From positions 25,916,001 to 25,980,000 of the forward strand of contig OX597820.1 in the NCBI GenBank assembly GCA_951406725.2: a DNA stretch of 64,000 nt, read 5' to 3'. Shown one piece after another: positions 1 to 13,547 of the stretch (position 1 is its first letter; the number at the start of each line of letters is the position of its first letter). A program made the position numbers and the translations under genes. The notes under the pieces were generated by a model, which saw nothing but the letters and a program-made list of their open reading frames with translations, searched no databases and had not been told where the DNA came from. The stretch comes from Octopus vulgaris (lineage: Eukaryota).

Positions 1-466
1 CAGCAATTCTGGGACATGGGATAAATGGATTACATTGACCCAATGTTCAACAGGGAAGCAGGGTAAGTTGATTATATCGATCCCTCAGTTCAGTTGGTAC
101 TTATTTTATTGGCCCCTAAAAGGATGAAAGGCAAAGATGACCTTGGTGGAATTGGAACTCAGAATGTAAAGATGGACAAAATGCCACCAGGTATTTTGTC
201 TGGTGTTGCTAATAATTCTGTCAGCTCGCCATTTTTTGATTATTTTAAAACAATAATTAATTTAAATTGATTAATTTAAATTTTGATTAATTTAAAACAA
301 TAAGCATCATGATTAATTAAAATTTTTATTGATTTAAAACAGTAAACATCATGATTAATTTAAAACAATAAGCATCATAGTTGGCAGTGTAATCTGAATG
401 TTAAAAGGTTAAACATATACAAAAACAGAGAATTTTGAAAATGTTTGCTCCATGAGATTATCTTAC

Positions 467-497
467 CTTCTTGGGAGTTGATACCGGTTGCCGATAA
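467..497 (-). CDS. Possible isolated 31-nt internal exon of a neighbouring gene (YRQPVSTPKK in one frame)
   Basis: Minus strand reads ctttgctgcattcag|TTATCGGCAACCGGTATCAACTCCCAAGAAG|gtaaga; good donor, open frames, unique sequence. No partner exon found. Confidence 0.3.
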
Positions 498-543
498 CTG
501 AATGCAGCAAAGATAATTTACAATAATAATTAACACTGCTGAA

Positions 544-830
544 AGTGGCTGTGTTGTAAGTAGCTTGCTTACAAACCACATGGTTCCAAGTTCAGTCTCA
601 CTGCGTGGCACCTTAGACAAGTGTCTTCTACTATAGCCTCGGGCCAACCAAAGCCTCGTGAGCGGATTTGGTAGACAGAAATTGAAAGAAGCCCGTCGTA
701 TATATGTATATATAATATATATGTATGTGTGTGTGTGTATATGTTTGTGTGTCTGTGTTACTGTGTTTGTCCCCCCCACAAATTGCATGACAACCGATGC
801 TGGTGTGTTTATGTCCCCGTAACTTAGTGG
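544..830 (+). mobile_element. tRNA-derived SINE, family A (representative copy)
   Basis: A-box tggctgtgttgtaag, B-box-like ggttccaagttcagtc, ccttagacaagtgtc core, internal (TA/TG)n; many copies in the window (e.g. 5780-6102, 29536-29790, 42395-42790, 63505-63872). Confidence 0.85.
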
Positions 831-1190
831 CACAGTAACCTTGCTGGAGCAGTCCATCCAAAAATTATAGTCAGTTATGTTGACCTCACCTCAGTGTTTT
901 GATATGCATTTAATTGATCTCAGTTTACTGAATGACTAAGTTCACCTATGTAGTGAGTTACAAGCATGTAGGAATTTATATTATAAGGCATTAACACTAG
1001 TACACACACACATGCAAATATATATATATATATATATATATCACGTGATCACATGACCGACCAGGCTATCAGATGTTGCTACACATCGCTGGTCACAATG
1101 CGCTTCGCATTGTTTTAGCCTTCAAATGACGCTACCCCGCTGGCTAAGCGAGCAGGCCAATATATATATATGTACGTACACACACACACA

Positions 1191-1243
<53 letters not shown>

Positions 1244-1759
1244 TAAAACACCCCGTGTAAAAGCGCATGTGCAATGCCATGTAAAATTGCTTGTGTGGTG
1301 TCATAAAAGCACCCAGCACACTCTGTAAAGTGGTTGGCATTTGGAAGGGCATTCAGCCATAGAAACCATGCCAATTCAGACTGGAGTCTGGTGCATGGTC
1401 CAAACCCCACTCCCACCTCCCACAGCTTACCAGCTCTGGTTACACCATCCGACCCGTGCCAGCAAAGACTAAACAGACATTAAATGATGATGATGGTGAT
1501 GATATAGTTTGTGTCTTGGGAAGGTCATTATGTCAATAATAATAAACACATGCACTGGTTCAATATCACTTCTTTATTGTAAGTCAAATTTCTTAAATAT
1601 CTTAGGCAGACTTTAAAGAGGGAAAGCATGTCATTGATGATGTCAATGGATCGCAATGAAAGGCCTTTGACAAACAAGCAACAGATTGATTCTTGAACTA
1701 ACACATTAAACAAACAATCAGTTACTTAGTTAGATTGACTAACAATAAAGAAATGATAT

Positions 1760-2841
1760 TGTTACGGACCACCTGCCGTCGCTCGGTCGATCGGCGAGAA
1801 AGCTCGCCACGGGAGAGGAGAGAGAGACAACAACAACTACAACAGCAGCCGCAAGAAGAGACACAAAGACAGAGGCAATCGAGAGAGACACAAAGAAGGC
1901 AATTGGCTCACATTTAACGTACTAGTTTATATGACTATTAATTGTTACAACATCAAATACATATCAGATACATTTAAAGAGGACACGTCGAATTAAACAA
2001 CTCAATACATCATACAGGTATACCACAGATCAAAGCATTTAAACTGTCCAGTAACAACACATCAAATTCAATAACAACAGCATTTCAAGAGTACACGTCC
2101 GGAGACAACAGTTCTGTTTCAAATCACATTAAAGTTACAGTTCAAAGGACATTAAAGGCCTAACAGTTCAATGTTCATTACACAGTTCTCTTTTGCCTTA
2201 ACACAACTCTGTACACAATGTCTTTACACAGTTCACATTGTTCTTTTCACTGTCTCTTTTCTTTTACAGTCTCTTTACATCGATTCTTTTTCCTTCTTTT
2301 TCTTCACATATCAATACACAATTCACGTACCTTAGTTCCTACTATAATAGCCAATGTCTCATACTGTACCTCATCTCTCTTAGCACCGCTAAATCCAACT
2401 TGCTAACCTGCTTGCCCTGAATACCAAATCCTGGCCGCTAAATCCAACCGCTCGCCTTGACTTCCAAATACCGACTGTCAAAACCTCTTGCTCTGTCACT
2501 ACTCCCAATCTCTCTTAGCACTCACTCTCTCCCTTGTCAGCTCCTCAGATTCCTTAATCTGTCTTCCTCTTTCACATTCTCTATCATCCTCTCGCTTGTC
2601 AGCTCCTCAGATTCCTTAATCTGTCTTCCTCTTTCACATTCTCTATCATCCTCTCGCTTGTCAGCTCCTCAGATTTCTTTAGTCTTTCTCTTTCACTGTC
2701 TCTCACACACTGAACTTTAATTCACCTGACAGGGTCGGGGAGCCTCCACAGAGCTAATTAATCAACCCGCATCTGGCAGAACAATGGATTCATTGCCAAA
2801 TGTAGGCCGCCGTCAACTGTCCTTAAGCTGAACCCACAACA
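1760..2841. mobile_element. Solo LTR (probably Gypsy-type)
   Basis: Begins TGTT, ends AACA, flanked by a 4-bp ATAT duplication (1756-1759, 2842-2845); no coding capacity; internal ~63-bp tandem duplication at 2533-2675. Confidence 0.75.
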
Positions 2842-3550
2842 ATATTAAACCAGTGTATGTGTTTATTATTATTGTTGTAATGATCCTCCCATGACACAAG
2901 ATTTGTTTAAACACGCAAATTCACATAAAGAATCATGCAAACCAAATACAAAAATGTAGTATACATATCATCATCATCTTCATCACTTGATGTTCACCTT
3001 CTATGCTGGCATGGGTGGGACAGTTTGGTAGGAGCCAGCCAGGCAGAAGCCCACACCAGACTTCTGTGACTGTTTTGGCAGGGTTTTTACAGCTGGATGC
3101 CCTTCCTAACACCAACCATTCAGCAGAGTGAACTTAGTGCTTTTTATGCGGCACAAGCACAGGCAAGGTCAGTTTTGGCAAGGTTTTTACAGCTGGATGC
3201 CCTTCCAAATGCCAACCACTTTACAGGGTGGGCCAGGTGCTTTTAAGGGTCACCAAGTATTTGCAAGACAAAAGAAACTGCTTTTGAGAGAGGAAGGAAC
3301 ATTGGAGAAGGTAATCATGTGTCAGATGATGAAAGGTTATAGTAAGACAGAAATAGGTGTCTTGCTGTAGTGGAGGTACAAGGTTACCCAGTTGGGTGGG
3401 GAGGGATCAGGAATGAAGACAGAAACAGGTGCACTGCTGCAAAGGAAATACATGGTTACCCAACCTGAGGAAAATGTAGGAGAAGGAGAGAGAGTAGGAG
3501 ACAGCAGGATAGAGATGGTGGCAAAGTGCTGGGCATACTCAAAAGGGGCA

Positions 3551-3557
<7 letters not shown>

Positions 3558-3583
<26 letters not shown>

Positions 3584-4605
3584 TAATTCATTTATTGGCC
3601 ACAAGGGTTAACAAAAATCAATTAAAACATAAAGGGACAAAACACAGGATGAAAGTTACAAAGGGTTTTGTCCGTTTGAAAAATGTTTGTGTACAAAAGC
3701 AGGATAACAACGAAATGTAAGTAACAATTAAAACTCCCAATAGGGGGAGCCACTTCGAAAGGTTACTCGTGGAAAAAACCCATAAAAGCCACGGGAGCCT
3801 GGTCAAAAGAGAGAGCCCCTTTCTCCTTTTATATTTCCTTTTAATTTTTCACAGGTGTATCCTTAGAATTGGTCCATTCATACTGGCCATTCTTGCGACA
3901 TTCACCCACCTTTCAATAAACTTGCTACCAGACAGCACTTCCCTCTCTACTCTCATCTTCCTTTTCAAGTGAAACTTGAAAAAGTTGATGAGGCCTTGGC
4001 CAAAAAGGAAAGTGTCTGACCTTAGCACTTTCAAACGGGTCCACCATATCACCTCTTTCCCTACAGCCACTGCCTTGCCCTCCTAGTTAAAGGAGGTCGG
4101 CGGGACAATCCTCACTATGGATTCAGCTGATAGCCAGATCCATCCTATATGCAACAGTAGCTGTTCGACATAAACCCATAGTTCAGCAATACTTGGGCAC
4201 TGGATGAGTGCATGCAGAACAGTTTCGTCATCCTGGGCACACCTCGGGCAGGCCCGTCTGACGGCACTTCAGAGTCGGTAGAGTTTATCCCGAACAGGCA
4301 GAGCCCCTCGGTAGCACTGCCAGGCGAGGAACCTTTGGAAATTATCCATTGGCCCCGGCCCGAAAGTTCTCCCGAACAGACTGTTTAGCTTGTTATCGTC
4401 AACGCCTAGAGTTTCCCCGAGAATGTCGTCACACTTTTCTTCCACTAACCCTCTATAGAATGCTAGAGTGGAACCACTACCAATCACATTGCCTGCTTGG
4501 TGGAGGGCGGAGAGAGCTTGATGGCACTCAAGGTGCCAAGCACCCTTTCTCGGTCTGCGTTTGATCCAAGACTACAACTCTGTCAAAGATACGAGCAGCG
4601 GAAAG
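3558..4605 (-). mobile_element. 5'-truncated L1/Tx1-like LINE 3' fragment (zf-RVT region, 3' UTR, (ATT)n tail)
   Basis: Translates LAWQCYRGALPVRDKLYR followed by CPRC...DETVLHALIQCP, then FFKFHLKRKMRVERE..FIERW; interrupted; trinucleotide tail at 3558-3583. Confidence 0.75.
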
Positions 4606-6645
4606 TCACATAAAACATAAAGAATATTCCCCTTTTCAGTTGTACCTGTTACTCTTTTACTCTTTTACTTGTTTCAGTCATTTGACTGCGGTCATGCTGG
4701 AGCACCATCTTTAGTCGAGCAAATCGACACTAGGACTTATTCTTTGTAAGCCTAGTACTTATTCTATTGGTCTCTTTTGCCGAACCGCTAAGTTATATAT
4801 ATACATCTTTTATCTTTTACTTGTATCAGTCATTAGAGCATGTTGTGGCACTGCCTGGAAAAACTTTAGTCAAATAAATTGAATCCAGTACTTAATTTTT
4901 TTATGCCTGGAAATTATTCTATTAGTCTCTTTTACAAAGAATAATACACTTTAGGGCTTTTCTCATTGTCTTTTTAGATCTCTGTAAACTAAGAAAACAA
5001 AACATTCATAAATTATTCAAATGAACTGTGGCACCGGATGGTACCTGTTGAATTGTGTGACTGAAAGTTAAGTGTCATTGTCAGTAATATTGTTGTGCAG
5101 GGGTTTCTAGATGTTGCTGAACCTCAGATCTCCTCTTTCTTCAAGGTGTTGCTTATCTCAGTCTACATTTTCAAATGTGTCCCTTTTTTTTTTTCAAAAC
5201 AGTAGCATGTAATTTGAAGGCAATTTGCCTGCTGCTGTTAATCAGTTGATCTATCAAGTAGAACATCTTTTTTTCTTCATTAGCAATGCTTGAAAGTAAG
5301 CCATTGACAAATGAAACATCATATATGTTGACTGCGGCAAGTTATAGAAACATGTTATAGAAAACTAGCATTGTCATTAAGCAGAAATTTAGTTACACTC
5401 TAGTGAGCTATCAGATTAATTCCCACTGAAGTTGATTAACAATTCAATACTTCCTTAATCAATGAATAAATAGCAGTCATGTATTGCAGTTAACTTGATC
5501 TACTATTCAGCTCATAAATGTTTAAAAGGAACATTAACCACATCATTTTTGCTGTTCTTGGAGGGTCACTAAAGGCCATGGGTACAGCATTTTTCCTCTT
5601 GATCTAAATCAGTGAAAATAACTTTAAAAATAGATCATCATCACCACCACCACCACTACCACCACCACCACCACCATCATCATCATCAATTAATGGCTGC
5701 TTTAACATGGTTTCAATAGTTGGATAGCCTTCCTAATACTAAACACTTTACAGCATATACTTGGTGCTTTTTCAGTAGCACCTTGGGCAAGTGTCTTCTA
5801 CTATAGCCTCAGGCTGACCAAAGCCTTGTGAGTGGATTTGGTAGACGGAAACTGAAAGAAGCCTATCGTATATATGTATATGAATGTGTGTATGTTTGTA
5901 TGTCTGTGTTTGTCCCCCAACATAACTTGACAACCGATGCTGGTGTGCTTATGTCACATAACTTAGCGGTTCGGCAAAAGGGACCGATAGAATAAGTACT
6001 AGGCTTCCAAAGAATAAGTCCTGGGGTTGATTTGCTCGACTAAAGGCAGTGCTCCAGCATGGCTGCAGTCAAATCACTGAAACAAGTAAAAGAGTAAAAG
6101 AGCATTTGTTACTTAAATACATGCCACCCTGCATTAGTTCCTTTAACTCATTTTTGTTTAACCTTTTAGTATTTAAACTGACCAGGTTCAGCCTCTCACA
6201 CCTACCCTAGAATTTTATTCTAAAAGTAAACACTCACATTATCATAAATCCAAGTGTATGAGTTAATGCATAATTAATCCAAAACATGAATAAATAAACA
6301 TTACATTTGACTGAATTACCTGAATGATATGTAAGGTAAGGTAAAGTTACCTTCTTGAATTATTCTGACTCATAAGGAATGGTTTCCTTGTTTCCATGGC
6401 ATATAAATTTCCCACCTGGATGGGATGCTGGCCAGTTGCAAGATTACTCATTTTTGCCAAATAGAGTGGACTAGAGCAATATGAAATGAAGTGTTTTGCT
6501 CAAGAACACAATGTACCACCCAGTCCAGGAATTGAAACCACAATCTTATGATCATGAGTCCTAATAATTTAAACATTATTAAACTTACAAATTTATGAAT
6601 GCCATCAAAATAATAAACTGAAAACAACAAACTGTTATATTTTAA

Positions 6646-6850
6646 CCCTTTCATTACTGTATTTATTTTGAGATGCTCTGTGTTTCTTTCAATTACTTTA
6701 AATATAACAAAGAATTTAGTAAAATAATTTAGTTATCATTCAACTAGTGTTAGGAAAATATATTGTGACTAAGGTTTGGTGGAAGATTTTTATTCAAAAC
6801 TTATGAAAATAAGACATTTGTACCCAGAGCCTGGGTTGGTAATGAAAGGG
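6646..6850. mobile_element. piggyBac-type MITE
   Basis: TTAA|CCCTTTCATTAC ... GTAATGAAAGGG|TTAA. Confidence 0.8.
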
Positions 6851-7126
6851 TTAATCTTTTTCATTTCATCATGGAAGTAAAACTAAGAAGTAAATTAATT
6901 ACCACATTCCATATATTCCTTTACACATTGCTACACAAACTACCATTGCTCATTAAGTTTGTGTTAATAAAAGTACAGTGCTGGTAATGTCAAAAGGTTA
7001 ACTATAATGTACCATCACAACTGCTTGTCTTTCTGTCTGTCATGTGAACCAGTCAAGTGTTTTTGGTGCCCAAGCAGCTGTATTTTTGTTAACAATTTTT
7101 TTACTGCTATTATCTTCTACTTAATA

Positions 7127-7395
7127 ATTTTAATGAAATGTCAAACGGTTTACATTGCTTTTTGGTGGAGACCTTATAAAATATTTCTTACTCATGACAA
7201 AAGATTTTAATATCAGTATTTTATTGTAGTATTAATTATAAATAGCTGTGAATTATTTCAGTAATTTTGATGAAATGTCAAACAGTTTAAATTGTTTTTA
7301 GTCAAGACAATACAAAATATTTCCTCATACATGACAAAAGACTTTAATATTATTTTTAAAAGTATTATTACTTATAAACAACTGTGAATTACTTT
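7127..7395. repeat. Diverged ~135-bp tandem duplication
   Basis: aatttt.atgaaatgtcaaac.gttta...catgacaaaaga.tttaatat...ctgtgaatta occurs twice. Confidence 0.75.
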
Positions 7396-8766
7396 TTAGT
7401 ATAACAACCCAAATTTTGACCTGGTCTTATGCAAATAACTTACAAACACATCACATATTGACTGATGATTTACGTCTTATATAACCATACCTTTGTGCTA
7501 TCTGGTTTTATTTATGTCACAGGTTTCAGCGTGACTTGGTACTTTTCGTTATATGAAAGGGATATATAAATATATATTACAGTTCAAAGATAAGGTTCCG
7601 AACACAAAACTTTTAACTATTGAAGTAACCACTGTTACAGGTGGTTTGAATAGAAATGACCTTCAAAGACAGACATAAGCATGTTTTTTTATATTTTTTT
7701 CATTCTCCCCCCCCCCCCTATAACCAGCTTATTACTTTATAGAGATAAGCCCACCTAGGCAAGTCATAAGTAAATCTTTCATTGTAATCAAACTAGTTTG
7801 GTGGGATGAACCAGACGTTTATTAATGAAAAGTTTGTTCAGTTCTGTTCAGATGGTGAAAAGAATTGTATTAATGTTGAGTGTCTGTCATGTCAAAGATT
7901 TATATTTTGGGTGTTTTAAGAGTACACAGAGAACTGTAAATATGTCTATAAAATGTTGCATCACTAAGATTTTAACCAGCTTTTATTAATGAAATTTACT
8001 TTTTTTATTTGAAATTACTTTGAACTTTATTGTAATAGGTAACTCTATGGAATCACCGGAATTAATGAATGTCACACATTCTTCTAGTCTGATGACAAGT
8101 GTATATGTGTTTATGTGTGTGAATGTGTGTGCGTGTGTATGTGTATGTTATATATACAGATATATATGTATGTATGTATGTATGTGTGTCAGGTCACTTT
8201 CGAGTGTTACTGGTAACATGTAACCCAGTACAACCTATTGCATGGTCAGGTCGTCGGCGACTAAACCAGCAAGCCCACCAAGCTTGCTTGGTGAGGAAGG
8301 TGTTTATTGGACACCCTGCGGGATGGAAAACAAAACCCGTCAAAGGGCGGAGGAACTCTTGAGAATCAACGGCCATCCAATAAATGTTTTAAGGCTGTAT
8401 CATGTGCGAGGACATAGAAATAATAGGACTGAGTACCCGATCGCGTGGTTAAGCCATTGGGAGTGAAGGACTCCTAGCCTTTGTTAGGGCATCCTTCTAG
8501 GAGAAGGTAACTCAGGTAACTGGGATAACGCCGACATAAAACCTGTGGCTCAGTGATTACCGATGATGTTGACTTGTTCTTCTTTTCGGATTATGGCTAC
8601 TGTTGCTTAGTGAGTGGGACTGACTCAGTGCACAGCCTTTCCTCACTTTAAAAAAATCTTCTTACACAGGCATTGCACGATAACAACATTGATTAAGCTT
8701 CGTGCAATGGCCATACTCGATAACGAGGGGGCAGCCACCATGTATGTATGTATGTATATATATGTA

Positions 8767-9060
8767 TCTATATCTATTTATATAAAAACTGAGAATGTGT
8801 GTCTGTCTGTCTGTATGTGTGCATCACTAAACTCAAGAACCACCCAACCAGTTTCATTCAAATTTTACATATGCCTTACTTAGGGTCCATGCAGTGTCAT
8901 GGGCCAAAGAAATTTTCAACTTCTAGCCTCATGTGAGCCAGGTGCAATCTCTTATCTCTTACACTATTTCTGTATTACATCTCAAAAGTGAAACAATAAC
9001 ATCTCAATTGTAATGTGAGATAATATCTTCAGTTTTAATAGGTTTCACTGTTAATGCTTT
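8767..9060 (+). mobile_element. Helitron-like 5' fragment
   Basis: tctatatctatttatataaaaactgagaatgtgtgtctgtctg...caaccagtttcattcaaattttac resembles the 5' ends of the other two copies; no 3' CTAG end seen. Confidence 0.4.
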
Positions 9061-10631
9061 CACTTTGTATAAAAAAGAAAAAAAAAATTCCTGCTGGCAT
9101 GGCTGTGTGATTAAGAAGTTTGCTTCAAAACCATGTTTAGGGTTTCAGTCCCACTATGAGAATGCTGTCAACTGATGTCCTGTACTATAGCTGCAGGTTG
9201 GCCAGTATCTTGTAAGTGAATTTGAGCAAACCTGTTGTATCATGATCATCATTTAGCATCCATTTCCAGACAATTTGACTGGAAATGATAAACCAGTGAG
9301 CTGTACCAGGCTCATGTCTGGTGTGGCTTGGTTTCTATGGCTGGATGCCCTTCCTAATGCTAACCACCCGAAGAGTTTAGCAAGTGCCTTTTACATGTCA
9401 CCAGCAGCACTGTCCATGTCAATGATTTCACTTGGCTTGACATGTCTTTTAAAGCAAAGCAGATTGCCAAAGGTCTCAATCACTTGTCATTGCTTCCTTA
9501 AGACTCAAAATCTGAAGATTATGTTTCACCACCTCGTTCCATGTCTTTCTGGATCTACTTTCTTCCACAGGCTCCCCATGCATATATGCATGTATGGACA
9601 GATGTATATATGTATGTGTGCATGTGTATAAGTGCGTTCATATACTTCTCATCTTGATGTGCATTTGCTGATTGTAAAACGAAACATCCTCACTGTTCAT
9701 GCAGGTAGTGTCATTTGCTTGCAGTTCACTATGAAAGCAAGTCTGCACTTCTTGACATGTTGTACAATCTTCATAAACAAAAGGCTTGTTGGAATGGTGT
9801 TGTTTGTTTCTAGTTCTCCACATAACCATGTCCAGGATGTTTGTTGTTTGATAGACTGGAAGATTATTATATAACTTGGAAACAGGTGAGGGTTGGTACC
9901 AAGGAGAGCATCCAGCTGTAGAAAATTCTATCACACACTTATTGCAAAGGTCCTTCAGTTTTTCTAAGCCCTGTAAAAGAACTCGGAAGATTAGGCCTCC
10001 AACCAGGCTTTTCACAATGCCCTTAAAGCCAGGAACTGTTCAGCACCCCCTAGTATATACTCTAAGTTCTTGTGAATTTTATGACCACACACACACGTCT
10101 GGTCATGCATATTGTTGTGTGGACGCCCCCAGATGATGAAGTAGGCTAGCCCAATACGTAGATATAGAGGGAGAAGTCTAGACGAGTTGAGTTGAGTAGA
10201 AGTCATCCAAACGTGCAACATAACACATATCAATGTACTTTTAGTTCTTGTAGATAGTGAATCAAATCAACTCCTATATACATGTCTTTAACTTGTCCCT
10301 TCCCATCACATTTTCCTACCCACTTCCTCTGCAAAATTTTAGAAATTTTTATATATTTCTAAATAAGATTCTTTTCATCACAAACTTCTATTATATTTTA
10401 TCTTTTACTTGTTTCAGTCATCGGACTAGTCATCTTGGAGCACCACCTTGAAGGGTTTAGTTGAACAAATCAACTCCAGAACCTACTTCTTAAGCCTGGT
10501 ATTTATTCTATCAGTTTCTTTTACCAAGCCTCCAAGTTATGGGGGACATAAACAAACCAAAACAGGTTGTCAAGGTGCTGTTGAGTAAAAACCAAAAAAA
10601 AATACACATGTATGTAGGTATACACACACAT

Positions 10632-10736
<105 letters not shown>

Positions 10737-10798
10737 AAATGGTAAGACAACAAAAGAAAGAAAGAGACCTCGATATTATGTAAATAGAGGAATTTATC

Positions 10799-10889
10799 TG
10801 TAAATGTAATATGTGACAATTATTCGGTAGCCATGATAAAACTTGGTTTTATCATGGCTACCGAATAATTGTCACATATTACATTTACA
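10799..10889. repeat. Perfect 44-bp hairpin with 3-nt loop
   Basis: tgtaaatg...gataaaac (10799-10842), loop ttg, gttttatc...catttaca (10846-10889). Confidence 0.95.
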
Positions 10890-10973
10890 TATATATATAT
10901 ATATACACACACACATACATACATACACACACAGAATCACAATTTATAAGACTTCATTATCCTGTATTATCAT

Positions 10974-11015
10974 AACTGTCTGATGATTGGTCAGGTGAAA
11001 CTTGGAGTAACAGTT
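10974..11015 (+). ncRNA. Minimal type I hammerhead ribozyme motif
   Basis: AACUGU-CUGAUGA-uuggucaggu-GAAA-CU ugg AG-UA-ACAGUU: perfect 6-bp stem I, canonical core, 3-bp stem III, GUA triplet; stem II weak. Confidence 0.65.
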
Positions 11016-11359
11016 TGAGGATTTTTTTCAGGTTTAATAAAATTGTATGTATGTATGACAATCTGGTTTCAGTTTCCATCTACCAAATCCACTCACAAGT
11101 TTGTTTTTTTTTTCGGTGGCTCCAGACCTATAGTAGAAGACACTTGTCCAAGGTGTCACACAGTGGGACTGGACTTGAAACCACATGGTTGGCAAATGAA
11201 ACTTGTTAACTGCACATTTATGTGCCTATAATTTTTACTGTAAAGAGTAACATGACTACCCACATTCTAGAAGTGTGAGTGTGATCAGGTAGGGTGGGAA
11301 AGAGAGTCTAGCCATGTCAGTACATTCCTTTCTACTCTAGGTTATTGTTGTTGTTGTGA

Positions 11360-11828
11360 GCCCCTTCAGTTATGAATGGCCATGGGATTGCACGTAGACA
11401 GTTACCCTCCGAGGTACAAGTCTGGGCAAGGTTGTTTATGGAAGACCAGCAGTCGCCCATGCATACCAGCCTCACCTCTCCACGCCACTGATGTTATCCA
11501 AGAGAAAGGCAAAGGCCGATACAGCTTGGCACCAGTGATGTAGCTCATTTATTAACATGCAAGTGGCTGAGCATTCCACAGCCACGTGTACCCTTAACGT
11601 AGTTCTTGGGGAGATTCAGCATGACACAGAGTGTGACAAGGCTGGCCCTTTGAAATACAGGTACAACAGAAACAGAAAGAAAAAGTGAGAGAAAGTTGTG
11701 GTGAAAGAGTACAGCCGGAGCCTTGTGGAGCTTTAGGTGTTTTTGTTCAATAAACACTTACAATGCCCGGTCTGGGAATCGAAACCGCGAGTCCACTGCC
11801 CAAACCACTGGGCCATTGCACCTCCACT
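11360..11828 (-). mobile_element. Composite of two tRNA-derived SINEs
   Basis: tRNA-like head gtggaggtgcaatggcccagtggtt...gtttcgattcccagac; the 3' part is shared with 57350-57712. Confidence 0.7.
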
Positions 11829-13547
11829 TTACTCTAGGTACAAGGCTTGAAACTGTAGGGGAGGATGCTAGTTGATTACAATTGACCTCAGTGCTCAACT
11901 GGTACTTATTTTATTGACTCCCGAGTGGATGAAAGCTAAAGTCATCCTTGACAGAATTTGAAATCAAAACATAAGGACAGACAAAATACTCAGTAACATT
12001 CTGTCTGACACAGAAACAATTCTACCAGCTCACTGCCACCCATGTCAGTATATTAAAAGCCAATGTAAATGCATATTAAATGTGGATGAACAATTCTGAT
12101 ACAAAAATGAGATAAAACAAAGTAAAATAAATTGTAATTAAAAATATTTATTCCAAATAAAAAATATATATATATTTATCTAAAAGACAAAGCACCATAA
12201 ACAAAATATTATTTTTATATCGTTTTTAATTGTAATATCAAAGTCGGAATATATTTTTAAAATACTGTTTCAACCTTTCTGATGTTAGCCTGCTTGGAAC
12301 CACCCAGTTAATCTGATACAATCTTTCGTTTTTTAGATTGATTTAAATGTTCAAATACCAGTTTAATAGTGACTAAGCGTTTTTACAAAGTTCATTATTT
12401 TTCTAAATTTAATTGAAACAAATGCAGTGTATTTCACCGGAAATATGGTAACAGAACGGTTATTAATAAAAGGCACTGAAAATTTCATATAAGTTTCCCC
12501 CACAATTGTGTGTGCATTATTAAATGTAGGGAGTGAGGAGGATAAACTACTCAGAATATCAACTCCCGTTCAGTATCTGTTGTTGTTATTATTATTATTA
12601 TTATTATCATTATTATTACTATTATTTTTTCTTCTCAGAGCTCTTGATTTTACTTGCTCCAGCTAATTCTCTAAGAGCAGACAGCAACCTGTTGTCAAAG
12701 GTCTCACAGGGTTTCCTTCTACGATACTTAACACCCAAATACCAATTCTTCTTCTTCTTCTTATTATTATTAAAATTTCATATATTTGAAAAATATTTAA
12801 ATATTTGGAATAGTAATGTAAATCAATGGCATGCAAATGGTCTATATGAGAAATAAAGGTTCTGAGCTCAAAAGGATACGTGCATATGTTTACAAAAATA
12901 TTTAATAAAAATACATGAAGACTGCTTCAGAATATACTGATCAAAACCACAAAATTGTTTTTAATTTAGGCAGAAGGTCAGCAATTTTAAGCTGTAGAAG
13001 TTAGTCAATTGCATAGACTCCAGTACTAGCCTGTCTCTTTAGTTTATTACCCCCAGAGATGAAAGTCAAAGCCGACCATGATGAGGTTTTGAACTTGGAT
13101 TGTAAAAGGGCAGAACAAACACTACAAGACATTCTTCCCAATGCTTTAATTATTCTGCCAGCCCACTGCTCTTAAAATGGTGTCAAAATATTAAAAATTG
13201 AATACAGAAAATGAGGGGATACAAAAAAAACAAGAAAATGCGACACAATTTTTACCTAATTAGCAGCCCTAATTACTCAGTAAATTATAGTTTAGATGAA
13301 GCATTTCAAATAATAAAAGAAATAAACACAAAAGACATTCCAAGGAAAATTTTGAAAAACAAAAAAAAATTTATCAGTATATTTTCATATTATTATTGCT
13401 AACTTTTCCTGTGTTTCTACCACATTCAAAGTTTACATTTGCTTACAGATAAACAGAAACTGTTTTGTTTTGTTTTTTAACATTATTTCTTGTTTTTGAA
13501 GTGCATTCCAGAAAGAAAAAAACTGCTCCACTTTGTATGGAAACATA

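Noticed and set aside
1041-1160. Hammerhead-like spacing on the minus strand (UUGAAGG...GAAG) in a microsatellite-flanked repeat
   Set aside because: Too many core mismatches and no stem II.
5090-5150. Possible plus-strand exon GFLDVAEPQISSFFK, and a similar candidate near 7583-7678
   Set aside because: Weak splice signals, no recognisable homology and no partner exons.
10120-10175. GAUGAUGA...GUAG segment resembling a decayed hammerhead
   Set aside because: Neither CUGANGA nor GAAA is intact.
12140-12160. Minus-strand AATAAA as the xylose isomerase polyadenylation signal
   Set aside because: The hexamer is too common in this AT-rich DNA to assign without 3'-end data.
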